Assembly: GCA_039917895.1 (NCBI GenBank)
Contig: JBDSIO010000219.1
Coordinates: 78 to 64,077 of the forward strand
DNA length: 64,000 nt
Direction of reading: 5' to 3'
DNA from: Fibrobacteria bacterium
GTDB lineage: Bacteria; Fibrobacterota; Fibrobacteria; UBA11236
Part shown: piece after piece, positions 1 to 11,961 of the stretch
Position numbering within the stretch: the first letter of the stretch is position 1
Layout of the letters: each line of letters opens with the position of its first letter
Position numbers and translations under genes: made by a program
Notes under the pieces: model-generated
Databases searched by the model: none
The model's input: only the letters and a program-made list of their open reading frames with translations
Told to the model about the DNA's origin: nothing

Positions 1-1449
1 CTCGCGCCAATGCAGCAACAGGGTCGCGAATCCGCAAGCGAGCACGGTCAGCGTGAACCACTTGGCCACCCGCCCCACGCCATCCGGAAGGGAACGGCGG
101 CCCGCCACCAAGGTATCGAGGTCGCGGCCCAAACGGGCGATGCGGGTATTTCCCGCGTTACCCCTGGCGATCAGGGCGGCGCGGCCTCGCACGTTGAGAT
201 AGCCCGCCAAAACGGAATCGCCCCGCTGGAACCGCGTCGGGCGGCTTTCCCCGGTCAGCAGGCTGGTGTCCAGCCATGCCTCTCCGGATTCCAAGGCCCC
301 GTCGACCGGCGCGTATTCGCCGCCCAAAAGTTCCACGATATCGCCGTCCTTCACTTGGTCAGCCTCCACGCGTTCGACCCCTTCCTCCCCCGCGGACGGC
401 CGCCGCACCCGCACCAAACCGGGGCGCAGCGCGTCGAACCAACGGCCCTTGAGGGCGAGTCCCGCTTCGAACCGGCGTACGGTCCAGCGTCCCAACAACA
501 GGAAAAAGATCAGGCCGGTCAGGGAGTCGGAGAAATTTCCCGCGCCCCCGGCGGCAAGGGAAGAGACGGTCAGCGCGAAGGACAGGGCGATGCCGATGGA
601 AACCGTGACATCGATGTTGAAGCGTCCGCCCTTAAGAGCGCTCCAGGCCCCGGCGAAGAACGGGAAGGCCGAATACGCAACGGCCGGGATGCTGATCAGG
701 ACGCCCAGGAGGCCGAACCCTTCGATCCAGGCGCGCGACATGCCCTGGAAGGCGCCGAGATAGACCGCCAGGGAAAAGGCCATGGCATTGGCGAAACAGG
801 CCCCGCTCACCGCCAGGCGGTAGAGTAGGGTTTTATCCGGAATGGTTTTGGCTGACGCGGAATCGGTTTTGGGACGGAGCCGGTAACCGAACCCGGCGGG
901 CACGGTGAGAATGTCCTTGAGCGTGGTCAGCTCCGGATCGTATTCGAGGAACGCTTCGCCATGCAGGAAGTCCACGTCGAAAGTCCGGACCCCCGGCGCG
1001 CCTTGGAGTAGGCGTTCCAGCAGCCATCCGCATCCCGCGCAGGCGATTTCCCCGCTGGTCAACGACAGCGCGTGGCGGCCTTGCGATCTGCGGCCCAATC
1101 CCGTGAGAGCGTCGGGTCCGTCCAGCGAGGAGAGGAAGGCGCGGTAATCCTCTCCGATGAAGGCTTGCGGGGCCCTTTTACCGCTCTGCTCCATGAGGTC
1201 GTAGTAGCCGTCCAACCGGGCCTGACGCAACCAGCCGTGGATGGTTCGGCATCCCTCGCAGCAGAAAATGTCGCCCTGCGCGTCTGGGCTGATGGAGCCT
1301 ATGACGAGTTGGCCGCAATGGCAGCAATGGCAGAAGGTTCCGCCTGAACCGGAAATCGCGGAGGTTACCGTGGTCACACTGGCCTGCCCCCCCGGGATCC
1401 CAGGGGCGGAACGGGCGGTATCCGTCTTCCTTCCGGGAACCGCGATCAT
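1..1449 (-). CDS. ccoI: Copper-translocating P-type ATPase (CcoI/FixI-like), N-terminal part only; the C-terminus lies beyond the left window edge
   Basis: Minus-strand translation gives MIAVPGRK...GTFCHCCHCG (Cys-rich N-terminal metal-binding region), then ...ALKGGRFNIDVTVSIGIALSFALT, which resembles the copper-ATPase 'MDVLV(A)LG' membrane motif. The ATG at 1449 overlaps the fixH stop (ATGA). It does not appear in the ORF track because it runs off the edge. Confidence 0.65.
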   Translation of the reverse strand, partial: MIAVPGRKTDTARSAPGIPGGQASVTTVTSAISGSGGTFCHCCHCGQLVIGSISPDAQGDIFCCEGCRTIHGWLRQARLDGYYDLMEQSGKRAPQAFIGEDYRAFLSSLDGPDALTGLGRRSQGRHALSLTSGEIACAGCGWLLERLLQGAPGVRTFDVDFLHGEAFLEYDPELTTLKDILTVPAGFGYRLRPKTDSASAKTIPDKTLLYRLAVSGACFANAMAFSLAVYLGAFQGMSRAWIEGFGLLGVLISIPAVAYSAFPFFAGAWSALKGGRFNIDVTVSIGIALSFALTVSSLAAGGAGNFSDSLTGLIFFLLLGRWTVRRFEAGLALKGRWFDALRPGLVRVRRPSAGEEGVERVEADQVKDGDIVELLGGEYAPVDGALESGEAWLDTSLLTGESRPTRFQRGDSVLAGYLNVRGRAALIARGNAGNTRIARLGRDLDTLVAGRRSLPDGVGRVAKWFTLTVLACGFATLLLHWRE

Positions 1450-2012
1450 CCGTCGACGAAAATCCGGAAGGATTCTTCCATCACGGGTTTGCCCGCGCGT
1501 TCCCAGGTCAGGTGCACGTTCCAATATCCGCGCCGCAACGCCGGACTCGGCACCGACCAGATATACCGGCCGGAATCATCCGCGGAGGCGCGCGGCCCGC
1601 CCAGATTCAAATCCAGGTCCTCGGCCCCGTTGTCGGGCCGGTACAGGCGCGCTTTGCAATCCGTTCCGCCCAGGGATCCGGATCCCGCCTCGGCGCGCCA
1701 AAACGCCCCGTCATGGCGGAAGGTCACGTCCATGCCCGGCGCACGGGCTATTTCAGCGCGCGCCATGCTCCCGTCCAGGTCCAATCCCGAATCGTAATAA
1801 TCGCCCCGCACCAGCTCATGTTTTCCGTGGGACGAAAGCCAGACCAGCAGCCCGTTCGCGCCCGCCACCAGAATAATCAAGATGACCATCGCGATCACCA
1901 GGCCCGGCAGCCCTCGTGGAGCCATGCTCTTGGCCGATTCACCCGCATCATCCGCCGCATCAGCCGGATCAGCCGGATCAGCCTTACCCGCCGCCTCGCC
2001 TAGCGCCCCCAT
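1446..2012 (-). CDS. ccoH: FixH/CcoH-like cbb3 oxidase accessory protein (membrane-anchored)
   Basis: 188 aa with a single N-terminal TM helix (LVIAMVILIILVAGANGLLVWL) and a periplasmic domain. It sits between ccoG and ccoI, where fixH is found in fixGHIS/ccoGHIS clusters, and overlaps both neighbours. Confidence 0.55.
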   Translation of the reverse strand: MGALGEAAGKADPADPADAADDAGESAKSMAPRGLPGLVIAMVILIILVAGANGLLVWLSSHGKHELVRGDYYDSGLDLDGSMARAEIARAPGMDVTFRHDGAFWRAEAGSGSLGGTDCKARLYRPDNGAEDLDLNLGGPRASADDSGRYIWSVPSPALRRGYWNVHLTWERAGKPVMEESFRIFVDG

Positions 2013-3547
2013 GGGCCCGCCAATTCCAGTCCGAAGGGAATCCGGATCGCATCGTCCGCACCATGCCTGAAGGTTCCATCCTTCAGGGACGTAACATTAA
2101 AGGAACCCTCCCTGATGGATCCGGTCTTGTCCGACAGTTCCATCACCACCGCCAACCTTCCCCGCGTGAAACGCGCCAAGGGAACCGTCACCTCCAACGG
2201 CATGGCCAGGGATTGCCCGCCCGCCAGGGCAAAGACCTGCCCATTCCAACTGGAGGTGCCTAAAGGCTCGCCGCTCCAGCCCAGGCGCAGGATGCGTTGC
2301 GCGGTCCCATTGTTGCGCAAATGCAGGGTAAAAGCGTTCCGGACCGAATCGCCGCCAACGCCAACCGCGCCAACCTCGCCAACCACGGGGACCACTCGCA
2401 CCACTCGAACATAAGGCATCGAACCTTTCCGGGTCGCGTCCACGGAAATGACGGGACGACGCAGAATCAAAGCGGCGGAGATGGAGGTCATGACCAGCGC
2501 CAAGCCGGCATAGATGATAAGCCTCCAGGGACGGCCGGAGCGCGGCTTGCCCTGCAATTCACCCAAGGAGGCGTAGCGCACCAGGCCCGTGGGCTTCTTC
2601 CAGGCCGCCATGGTCCTGTCGCAAGCGTCGATGCAGCGGGCGCATCCGATGCACTCCAGTTGCTGGCCCTGGCGGATGTCGATTCCCGTGGGGCAAACGA
2701 GCACGCATTGGCGGCAATCGGTGCAATCGCCGAAGCCTTGACGCGAGCCGCGGGCGCCTTTGCCGCGCTTCTCCCCGCGGGCCGCATCGTAAGCGATCAA
2801 GGAGGTGTTCTCGTCCGGGATCACGCTTTGGAACCGCGCATACGGGCAGACCAGAATGCAGGCCTGCTCGCGGAAGAAGGCGAAGTTGAGATAGAACACG
2901 ATTGCGAAGACCAGCACCAAGGCCAGGCCAGGCCAGTTTTCCGCGGAGGGATGCGCCATGGCCTGGATCAGGTTGGGAGCCCCCCAGGAATAGGCCAGGG
3001 CGGTATTGCCGATCCACCAGGCGACCACGGCGAAGACTGCATGCTTGCCCAGCTTGCGCCCCAGCTTGTCCACGGACCATGGCCCTTCGTCCCGGGCTTT
3101 GCGCCGGGAGGCTTTGCCTTCGAAGAAACGCTCGATAGGCGCGAACACGAATTGCAGGAATACCGTTTGCGGGCAGGCCCAGCCGCACCATAGCCGCCCA
3201 TAGCGGGCGGTAGCGAAAAAGACCATCAGGATGAAGGCGAAGAAAAGGGGCAGGAACATGGGGATGTCCTTGGCCCAGAAATTATTGCCCAACAGCACCA
3301 GTTTGCGGCCCGGCCAATCCGCCAGGATCAGGGGTTGGCCCTGCCAGCGCAGCCAGGGAACGCCGAGGTACAGTACCATCAGCGCCCAGGCCGTACGGGT
3401 GCGGTTCCAGGTGAACTTCCCGGTGATCTCCTTGGGATACAACCAGACGCGCTTGCCGCCGGAACCGATGGTCCCCTGGGCCTCGCCCAGGCGATCGGAA
3501 TTCTCCCCGGAAGGCGCCAGCCATCCGGACGGCAGCGGCGCTATCAC
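2000..3547 (-). CDS. ccoG: CcoG/FixG 4Fe-4S ferredoxin-type cbb3 oxidase accessory protein
   Basis: 515 aa. Multiple TM helices, then CTDCRQCVLVCPTG and CIGCARCIDAC ferredoxin motifs, then a C-terminal FixG beta domain. Its stop overlaps the ccoP start. Confidence 0.8.
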   Translation of the reverse strand: MIAPLPSGWLAPSGENSDRLGEAQGTIGSGGKRVWLYPKEITGKFTWNRTRTAWALMVLYLGVPWLRWQGQPLILADWPGRKLVLLGNNFWAKDIPMFLPLFFAFILMVFFATARYGRLWCGWACPQTVFLQFVFAPIERFFEGKASRRKARDEGPWSVDKLGRKLGKHAVFAVVAWWIGNTALAYSWGAPNLIQAMAHPSAENWPGLALVLVFAIVFYLNFAFFREQACILVCPYARFQSVIPDENTSLIAYDAARGEKRGKGARGSRQGFGDCTDCRQCVLVCPTGIDIRQGQQLECIGCARCIDACDRTMAAWKKPTGLVRYASLGELQGKPRSGRPWRLIIYAGLALVMTSISAALILRRPVISVDATRKGSMPYVRVVRVVPVVGEVGAVGVGGDSVRNAFTLHLRNNGTAQRILRLGWSGEPLGTSSWNGQVFALAGGQSLAMPLEVTVPLARFTRGRLAVVMELSDKTGSIREGSFNVTSLKDGTFRHGADDAIRIPFGLELAGPWGR

Positions 3548-4182
3548 GGCTGCTTTCCCCCCTTTTCCTCCTTTTGCTCGTTTCCCTCCTTTTCATCCAT
3601 AACCCCTTGCGGCGCCTTACCGCCCGCCACGGCATGTCCGCGCAGGCTCAGCACATAGGCGGTCGCCAGGGCAACCTTCTGCGCGCCCAATACCGGATTC
3701 CAGGCGGGCATGCCCTTCTCGGGATACCCATGTGCGATGGAAGCGAGCACCGCTTCCGGTTTACCGCTATGCAGCCAATAGGCGTCGGTGAGATTGGGAC
3801 CGACCACGCCCTGGCCTTGCGCCCCGTGACAGGCGAGGCAGTTCGCCTTGAAGACGGCTTCTCCGCCGGCGATGGATTCCGGAGCGCCGAGAAACTCGGC
3901 CAATTCGGCTCCGGCCACCTCCTTGGGGTGGGAAGCGCCTTCGGCTTTCTCCTCGAGCCGGACGGCGGCGAGGTACTCCGCGGCGCTCCAGCTCAAGGCC
4001 TGGCCTTGGCCGCTCGCCTTAGCCAGCGCCCAACCCTTGCCGGTATAGTAGCCCATGTATAGGAAGGCGAACAGGATGCAAGCATAGAACATGTTGACGA
4101 ACCAATCCGGGAGCGGATTGTCGTATTCCTGGATCCCGTCGTTATCCTGATGGGCTTCGTGGATCCGATCCATTTCTTCCAT
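3544..4182 (-). CDS. ccoP: cbb3 oxidase subunit III (CcoP-like), monoheme variant
   Basis: The N-terminus DGIQEYDNPLPDWFVNMFYACILFAFLY matches the FixP_N domain. There is one CLACH heme-c motif. 212 aa is short for the usual diheme CcoP. Confidence 0.7.
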   Translation of the reverse strand: MEEMDRIHEAHQDNDGIQEYDNPLPDWFVNMFYACILFAFLYMGYYTGKGWALAKASGQGQALSWSAAEYLAAVRLEEKAEGASHPKEVAGAELAEFLGAPESIAGGEAVFKANCLACHGAQGQGVVGPNLTDAYWLHSGKPEAVLASIAHGYPEKGMPAWNPVLGAQKVALATAYVLSLRGHAVAGGKAPQGVMDEKEGNEQKEEKGGKQP

Positions 4183-4185
4183 GGT

Positions 4186-4364
4186 TCAGCCCTCCCGCTT
4201 TCCGGCGTCATCCTGATCCAGGGCCTGACGGGCGAGATCGTCATAGAAAGCACGGGAGCCGGGACGGTAGAGCCACGCAAGCATGGCGCCGCTGGAAACG
4301 AGGAATAACACGAACGAAAACACGGGCCATAAGGTGAGACCGGCCCTCTCCATGACGAGACGGA

Positions 4365-4368
<4 letters not shown>
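4186..4368 (-). CDS. ccoQ: CcoQ/FixQ small membrane subunit
   Basis: 60 aa with one TM helix and an acidic C-terminus. It lies between ccoNO and ccoP, and the ccoNO stop overlaps its start. Confidence 0.5.
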
Positions 4369-6564
<2,196 letters not shown>

Positions 6565-6578
<14 letters not shown>

Positions 6579-6777
6579 GATCGGGAATCCTCGTTTGGGT
6601 CTCGTTTGTGAAACCGGGTTTCAGGGGAAGAGCCTCAGTGGAATCGGAGAAGAGCAGTCGCCAACGCGGACTTTCCAGATCATCGAACTGGCCGTTCCGG
6701 ATTGAGATGATGCAGGCCGCAAGAAATCCTGCGCTGAGCGCCAGGGATACGCCGATCAGAATCACGATGACGGGCAT
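6565..6777 (-). CDS. ccoS: CcoS cbb3 oxidase maturation protein (internal Met start of the listed 104-aa ORF)
   Basis: [37 protein letters not shown] matches the CcoS signature (TM helix followed by SGQFDD-E). The upstream 34 codons of the ORF are Arg-rich and lack this conservation. Confidence 0.6.
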
Positions 6778-7007
6778 CAGTCGGCCTTGCCGGGATACCA
6801 GGCCGCGGCGTCGTGCTTGTCCGGGTACAGGATGGCCGCGGTACGCTCGCCCGATTTGACGCCCATCAGGACGGCGCAAGGCGTTCCGATTCCGAGAATG
6901 CCCGCCAGGATCAGGAATTCCAGGATCCTGCGATTGTCGGTGAAAGGGGCGCGGCCCTCAGTGGCAGCCTGCCGATCCATGTGTTGCGAGTCCATTTGCA
7001 AGTCCAT
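6777..7007 (-). CDS. Small hypothetical membrane protein, translationally coupled to ccoS
   Basis: 76-aa ORF with one TM segment (ILEFLILAGILGIGTPCAVLM). Its TGA stop overlaps the ccoS ATG (TGATG). It overlaps the 3' end of the upstream DsbD_2 gene by about 50 nt, so the call is uncertain. Confidence 0.3.
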   Translation of the reverse strand: MDLQMDSQHMDRQAATEGRAPFTDNRRILEFLILAGILGIGTPCAVLMGVKSGERTAAILYPDKHDAAAWYPGKAD

Positions 7008-7668
7008 ATAGCCTCCAAACTGAAAGTCCCAGGAATGCCGCTCCGAGCATTCCCTGATACAAGCGCCCGGACCACGCCGGACGCGCCGCCGCCCCGCGCG
7101 TGATCACGGCGAAGACGGGCAACGTCGATATTCCAAGCAAAACCATTGCCAACCCGGATTTCCACGCCTGATCGAGCCCCAGGCTCCAGAGAAGCACCGC
7201 ATGCGTGCTCGGACAAGGCAGCAGGCTTGCGGCCAACCCCGCAGGAAAAAGAGCGGCGCGGCCGGCGCGGGAAGCCGATAGAGTGCCGAACCAACGCGAC
7301 GGGAAAACCGCGCCGAGGCGTTTTTCCAGGTTCCATCCCTTGGGCAGCCAGCCCAGCAAACCGAGTCCGAAAAGGGAATAGATAACGGCGAGCGCTACCG
7401 CCGCGAAAATGCGGAATCCGGGAGCGGCCAACCCCGTGAAGAGGTGGCCCAGCAAGCCAATGGCGGCGCCCAATACGCCGTAGCCCGTGATTCTTCCTGC
7501 ATGATAGAGCCAAATGGCCCGTCCGAATCCGCCCCGGGAAGCGAGGAAAAAATGGATGGGCCCGCACATGCCCGCGCAATGGGTGAAGGAGCTCCCGAGG
7601 CCCACGGCAACCGGGAACAATGCGCCAGCGGCGAGCGTCCCTATTGCATTTGTGATCTGTGTTTCCAT
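6958..7668 (-). CDS. DsbD_2 / TauE-SafE-like polytopic membrane protein in the cbb3 cluster
   Basis: 236 aa, about 6 TM helices, with an HCAGMCGP motif typical of the DsbD_2 family (cytochrome c biogenesis-like TM region). This family commonly follows ccoS in clusters with fused ccoNO. Confidence 0.55.
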   Translation of the reverse strand: METQITNAIGTLAAGALFPVAVGLGSSFTHCAGMCGPIHFFLASRGGFGRAIWLYHAGRITGYGVLGAAIGLLGHLFTGLAAPGFRIFAAVALAVIYSLFGLGLLGWLPKGWNLEKRLGAVFPSRWFGTLSASRAGRAALFPAGLAASLLPCPSTHAVLLWSLGLDQAWKSGLAMVLLGISTLPVFAVITRGAAARPAWSGRLYQGMLGAAFLGLSVWRLYGLANGLATHGSAGCH

Positions 7669-7850
7669 TTTAATTATTCTGCGTATCGGTTCCCGATTTC
7701 CAGTCCTAAAGATATCAAGCGGAGCCTTGCCGATTCAGCAACGGAAAATTGCCATATTGCCGAAGCCGATTGCCTTTTTGGCAGCGCGCGGCTTCCGTTT
7801 TTTTGGGTTGAATATTTGTCACAACAAACCCCATCGCGGCGAAAGCGGGA

Positions 7851-9260
7851 ATGAATAACCTTATCCGGACCAAGGAGGCATTCATGTTTTGCATGCGTTT
7901 AGTCCGGATATCCACCATCATGTTCGCCGCGTCCGCCCTCGCGGTTTCGGCCCAAGCCGGCTATCATTTTTTCAATCCCGCCATCGCCGATTCCATTCCC
8001 AAGCTCATTTCGGGCACGGGCCTGTACAAGAACATGGCCACCAAGGAGATCAACGCCGATGTCATCCCCTTCGAGGTGAACGCGCCGCTGTGGACCGACG
8101 GGGCCGTCAAGCAGCGCTACGTGGCCGTACCGGCAGACTCTTCCATTATCTATGACGACACCGCCGACATCTACGCCTATCCGGACCGCGCCATGGTGAT
8201 CAAGAATTTCTCCGTGGACACCATTCCCGGGAATCCCGCCTCCCGCATCCTGTTCGAAACCCGGTTCAGCGGCGTGCGCATCGTGGCCGGCAAGGAGAAA
8301 TGGTACCTGTGGGCCTACCATTGGCGGCTCGATCAGACCGACGCGGATCTGGTGGTGGAATCCGGCGAGAACGCCACCGTGCGTGTCTATCGCAATGGCG
8401 TGAACCAGCCGCCATTCATGAAGAAGTGGCGCTTCCCCAGCAAGTTGCAATGCGCCGCCTGCCATCGCGTTCAGGGCAACGGAGGCCGCCCCGTGCTGGC
8501 CTTCTTCACAGCACAGCTGAACAAACCTCTGTCCGATACCCCGGCCATGAACCAACTCGACCACCTGTTCGACCTGGGCGTGCTCAAGTCCAAGGACGGA
8601 ACCCGGCCGGACTTCTCCAAGGCGCCGAAATGGGCCAACTGGGCCGATAATACCGCATCCCTGGAACTGCGCGCGCGATCCTACATCGCCGCGAACTGCT
8701 CCGGTTGTCACGGCACACGCGGCATCGCCACCTACGCTGCCTTGGGCATCACCTTGGACTATGATTACCATGACATGAAACCGCACATGGACTTTACCAA
8801 GAAAAAGCTCGTCACATCCTTCCCCCTCGACAGCGCCGGACTCGTGGTGCCGGGCAAACCCGAGCGTTCCGTTCTGCTTTACCGCCAGAAGATGCGCAAC
8901 CAGAAGGACATGGATTTCAGCGCCGAGGGCATGGCCATGCCTCCGCTTGGATCTTTCGAACCCGATACCAACGCCATCGGCATGATCAGCCAATGGATCG
9001 TCAGCCTCGACCCCGGCGCCAACGGAATCATCCAGGGGCTGGCGCGCTTCGGGGAGAAGTTCCTGATTCGCGGCAACCTGTTGGAACGTTCGGGCCACGG
9101 GGAATCCGGTTTCCCGGAACGGATCGACCTTGTCGATGTTAAGGGGTCGAAATTGGAGCTCGTTCCCGTGCGTCCCGGAGCCTACCGGATCCCCGAAGGC
9201 GTGAAGGGAATCCATTTCCTTTCCGTGAACGGTCGCATGCTGCAGCGAATCGTGTTCTAG
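7851..9260 (+). CDS. Secreted diheme c-type cytochrome with a ~180-aa N-terminal domain of unknown function
   Basis: Signal peptide MRLVRISTIMFAASALAVSAQA (alternative starts at 7884/7893). Two CxxCH motifs (CAACH, CSGCH). Confidence 0.6.
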   Translation: MNNLIRTKEAFMFCMRLVRISTIMFAASALAVSAQAGYHFFNPAIADSIPKLISGTGLYKNMATKEINADVIPFEVNAPLWTDGAVKQRYVAVPADSSIIYDDTADIYAYPDRAMVIKNFSVDTIPGNPASRILFETRFSGVRIVAGKEKWYLWAYHWRLDQTDADLVVESGENATVRVYRNGVNQPPFMKKWRFPSKLQCAACHRVQGNGGRPVLAFFTAQLNKPLSDTPAMNQLDHLFDLGVLKSKDGTRPDFSKAPKWANWADNTASLELRARSYIAANCSGCHGTRGIATYAALGITLDYDYHDMKPHMDFTKKKLVTSFPLDSAGLVVPGKPERSVLLYRQKMRNQKDMDFSAEGMAMPPLGSFEPDTNAIGMISQWIVSLDPGANGIIQGLARFGEKFLIRGNLLERSGHGESGFPERIDLVDVKGSKLELVPVRPGAYRIPEGVKGIHFLSVNGRMLQRIVF

Positions 9261-9284
9261 AAGGACCGCCAAGTGCGGGAGATG

Positions 9285-10712
9285 TCAAGCATGCCGGAGG
9301 ATCCGCTTCGCGACCTCCTGCGCGGCCTGCTTGCCTTCCCGCACCGCGTTTTCGATTCCGGCGCCGGCATATCCCGTGCCCGCCAGAACGAGGCCAGGAA
9401 ACTCCGATTCCAACCGGGCCTTGGCTGCGGCTAAAGCTTCAGGGTGCCCCGTGTCCAATTGCGGCAGGGCTTCGCGATGGCGGATGCAGGTGAAATCAAG
9501 CGCGGCCCCACGGGGCGTGAGGATGCGTTCGACGGCGCCTATGGACAACTCGCGGACTTCGGCATCCTCCATGGCTTCCACAGCGCGTGAACGGGCTCCG
9601 CCCGCCATCACCCGGACCAGCTCCTCGCTCTCGGGGCAACGCCCGGTGAACATCCGCGAAGGAAGGAAGAGTGACAGGATGCCGAGGCCGGTCCGCCCTT
9701 GCACAAGGCAACCCTCACCCGCGAAACTGCGCGACATATCGCGTTTGCGGTAGGATAGATATCCCAAGGCGATAGGAGCGTAAGGGACTCCTTCGAGGAA
9801 TGACAGGATACCTCGGTGCCTAGGCGAATAGATGGCGGCCAGGCGGCCCGGTGGAATGCATGCGACGATGAAGTCGAAAGCCTCGGGTCCGGATCCTTCC
9901 GCGAATTCCAATTCGGGATCCCCTGAAGCCGATCGGCGCAGAACGAGCACTTCGGCGGATAAGCGGATGCGCACGCCCGCCCACTGAACCGCTTCCGCAA
10001 GGGCATCGACGATGGCCTGGTTGCCGGCTGCTCCAGCCATCATGCCTGGAACCCGCGCGCCCTGGCCGGATCCGGCGCGTACTTTCCGGGCCGCGTCCGA
10101 ACGCCGTCTTTCCCAAAGTCCCCGCGCGAGGCTTCCCCAGCGTCGCTCCAGGGAGTGCAACATGGGAAAGTTGGCGGCCATGCTCATCCGATCGGGATCG
10201 CCGGCGAGGATGCCCGCGCTCATCGGTTCCATGATCGATTCCATGAATCCAGGGCCCGTGCGCCGGCGGAAGAACTCCGCCACGGATTCATCCGCCCGGC
10301 TTCCCTTGCTGATGAAAGGTTCGGCGAGCAGTCGCAAAAGGTTGGAAGGTGAAAGCAGGCGGGCCTTGAGTATTCCCGCCACGGTCCTGGAAAACGGGAC
10401 AATCCGCCGCCCCACCCACAGGCCGAGGTTTCCGGGACCTTCGAAGGTTTCGCACCGGCCGCCGATTCCGCAGGCCTCGATAAGCTCGCGCGTCGCCGGC
10501 GCCGCGGAAGGAAAGGCCAGCGGGCCGGTTTCCAGCAATCGGCCGCGCAGGGTCCGCGTACCGACCAGACCTCCAAGGCGATCTTGTTTTTCATATAAGG
10601 TGACGGAGGCGTTGGGCATCAGCCGGCTCAGCCAGAACGCGGCGGACAAGCCGGTCATCCCGCCCCCCAATACGGCTATCCTCTGGGGTATGATCGGGCA
10701 ATTTTCGGGCAA
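9285..10712 (-). CDS. hemY: Protoporphyrinogen oxidase (HemY-type, FAD-dependent)
   Basis: RIAVLGGGMTGLSAAFWL is a dinucleotide-binding fold right at the N-terminus, and the rest is HemY-like. The track ORF extends to 10958, but that extension is Arg-rich and unconserved. A TTG at 10712 is preceded by GGAGGAGG (7-nt spacer), so I call a TTG start. Confidence 0.65.
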   Translation of the reverse strand: MPENCPIIPQRIAVLGGGMTGLSAAFWLSRLMPNASVTLYEKQDRLGGLVGTRTLRGRLLETGPLAFPSAAPATRELIEACGIGGRCETFEGPGNLGLWVGRRIVPFSRTVAGILKARLLSPSNLLRLLAEPFISKGSRADESVAEFFRRRTGPGFMESIMEPMSAGILAGDPDRMSMAANFPMLHSLERRWGSLARGLWERRRSDAARKVRAGSGQGARVPGMMAGAAGNQAIVDALAEAVQWAGVRIRLSAEVLVLRRSASGDPELEFAEGSGPEAFDFIVACIPPGRLAAIYSPRHRGILSFLEGVPYAPIALGYLSYRKRDMSRSFAGEGCLVQGRTGLGILSLFLPSRMFTGRCPESEELVRVMAGGARSRAVEAMEDAEVRELSIGAVERILTPRGAALDFTCIRHREALPQLDTGHPEALAAAKARLESEFPGLVLAGTGYAGAGIENAVREGKQAAQEVAKRILRHA

Positions 10713-10995
10713 AGGGTTTCCTCCTCCGTTTACGGAGGCGCAAATGATGGGCCATCCGCTCCGGTCCGGTCTTTCGGCCGTATTCCGACGGTTGCCCGCC
10801 CGATGGGCCGATTGCCCGGCCGTTTTCCGGTTCGGCGACACCGCTGGCCCGTGGTCCCGGCATAGACGCATGCGTGTTACGGTCATTTTGGCGTGACGGT
10901 TTGGCATTTTCGCCTTTCTGTCAGGGGCGCGGCGCGGGAATCGCGCGATTTTGCGCACGCGCGAACCCGGAGTGGATTTTGCTTGGGGATGAGGA

Positions 10996-11961
10996 GTGAG
11001 CTATACGCCGTATTCCGCAATTTTGAAAGCAAAGGGATTCTCCGGGACGCGGATCCGTAAGGTCACCTTAAATGGCGGTTTCACTTGCCCGAACCTGGAT
11101 GGATCCAAGGCGCGTGGAGGCTGCACCTATTGCGACAACCGCGCCTTTTCGCCTTCGGCCGCGAACAGGTCGGTTTCGATACGCGAGCAACTGGAAAGGG
11201 GGATGGAATACCAACGCAAGCACCTGCGCGCGGAACGTTTCATCGCCTATTTCCAGACGTTCTCAGGGACCTATGCGCCGGTGGATAAATTGCGCGACTT
11301 GTACCTCCAGGCGTTGGATCATCCCGACGTGATCGGTCTTTCCATCGGTACCCGCCCGGACTGCATTACCGGGGAAATCGCCGACCTGCTGGAGGAAATC
11401 GGACGGAATACCTTTCTTACCCTGGAGATTGGGCTGCAATCCGCCCATGATGATACGCTTCGGCGCATCAATCGCGCCCACGTGTACGGGGAATTCGCGG
11501 AAGCGATGGATCTTTGCGCGGACCGAGGATTCGATCTGTGCATCCACCTGATGCTGGGGCTGCCCGGGGAAAGGCGCTGGCAATATCGCGCCACGGCCCG
11601 CTCCTTGAACAAGTGGCGTTTCCATTCGGTGAAAATCCATCCGGTCCATGTCGTCAAGGGTACGGTACTCGCCCGCCAATACCGGAAAGGGGAGTTCCAG
11701 CCCCTGGAGCAGGGCGAGTATGTGGCGGGATTGGTGGATGTGCTCGAGCGGATCCCGATGGAAGTGGGGGTGCAACGGTTCACGGCGGACGCAACCGGCG
11801 ATTTGCTGATCGCGCCGGAATGGTGCCGGCGGAAATCGGAAATCCAAAAAGCCATGATGGAGGAATTCACCCGGCGCGGATCGCGCCAGGGATCGCTCCT
11901 GGGCGGATGGTCCGGTATCAGGGAAGGGTCCGGAACCGGATATGCCGAAGCCGACGCGTAA
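10996..11961 (+). CDS. Radical SAM protein, TIGR01212 (YhcC-like) family
   Basis: CPNLDGSKARGGCTYCDN motif and the characteristic ~320-aa architecture. Confidence 0.7.
   Translation: MSYTPYSAILKAKGFSGTRIRKVTLNGGFTCPNLDGSKARGGCTYCDNRAFSPSAANRSVSIREQLERGMEYQRKHLRAERFIAYFQTFSGTYAPVDKLRDLYLQALDHPDVIGLSIGTRPDCITGEIADLLEEIGRNTFLTLEIGLQSAHDDTLRRINRAHVYGEFAEAMDLCADRGFDLCIHLMLGLPGERRWQYRATARSLNKWRFHSVKIHPVHVVKGTVLARQYRKGEFQPLEQGEYVAGLVDVLERIPMEVGVQRFTADATGDLLIAPEWCRRKSEIQKAMMEEFTRRGSRQGSLLGGWSGIREGSGTGYAEADA

Noticed and set aside
10-828. 272-aa and 165-aa plus-strand ORFs at the left edge
   Set aside because: They are Arg/Gly/Pro-rich shadow frames opposite the real minus-strand ccoI gene, whose translation shows clear P-type ATPase motifs.
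7762-7804. Hairpin (GAAGCCG…CGGCTTC) followed by TTTTTTT on the plus strand between the cbb3 cluster and the cytochrome gene
   Set aside because: It looks like an intrinsic terminator, but no plus-strand gene ends upstream of it. It may be a 5'-UTR structure or attenuator of the cytochrome gene, and I cannot tell its orientation or function from sequence.
7899-9272. 457-aa minus-strand ORF
   Set aside because: Antisense to the diheme cytochrome gene. It has low-complexity Gly/Arg composition and no motifs, which is typical of high-GC antisense ORFs.
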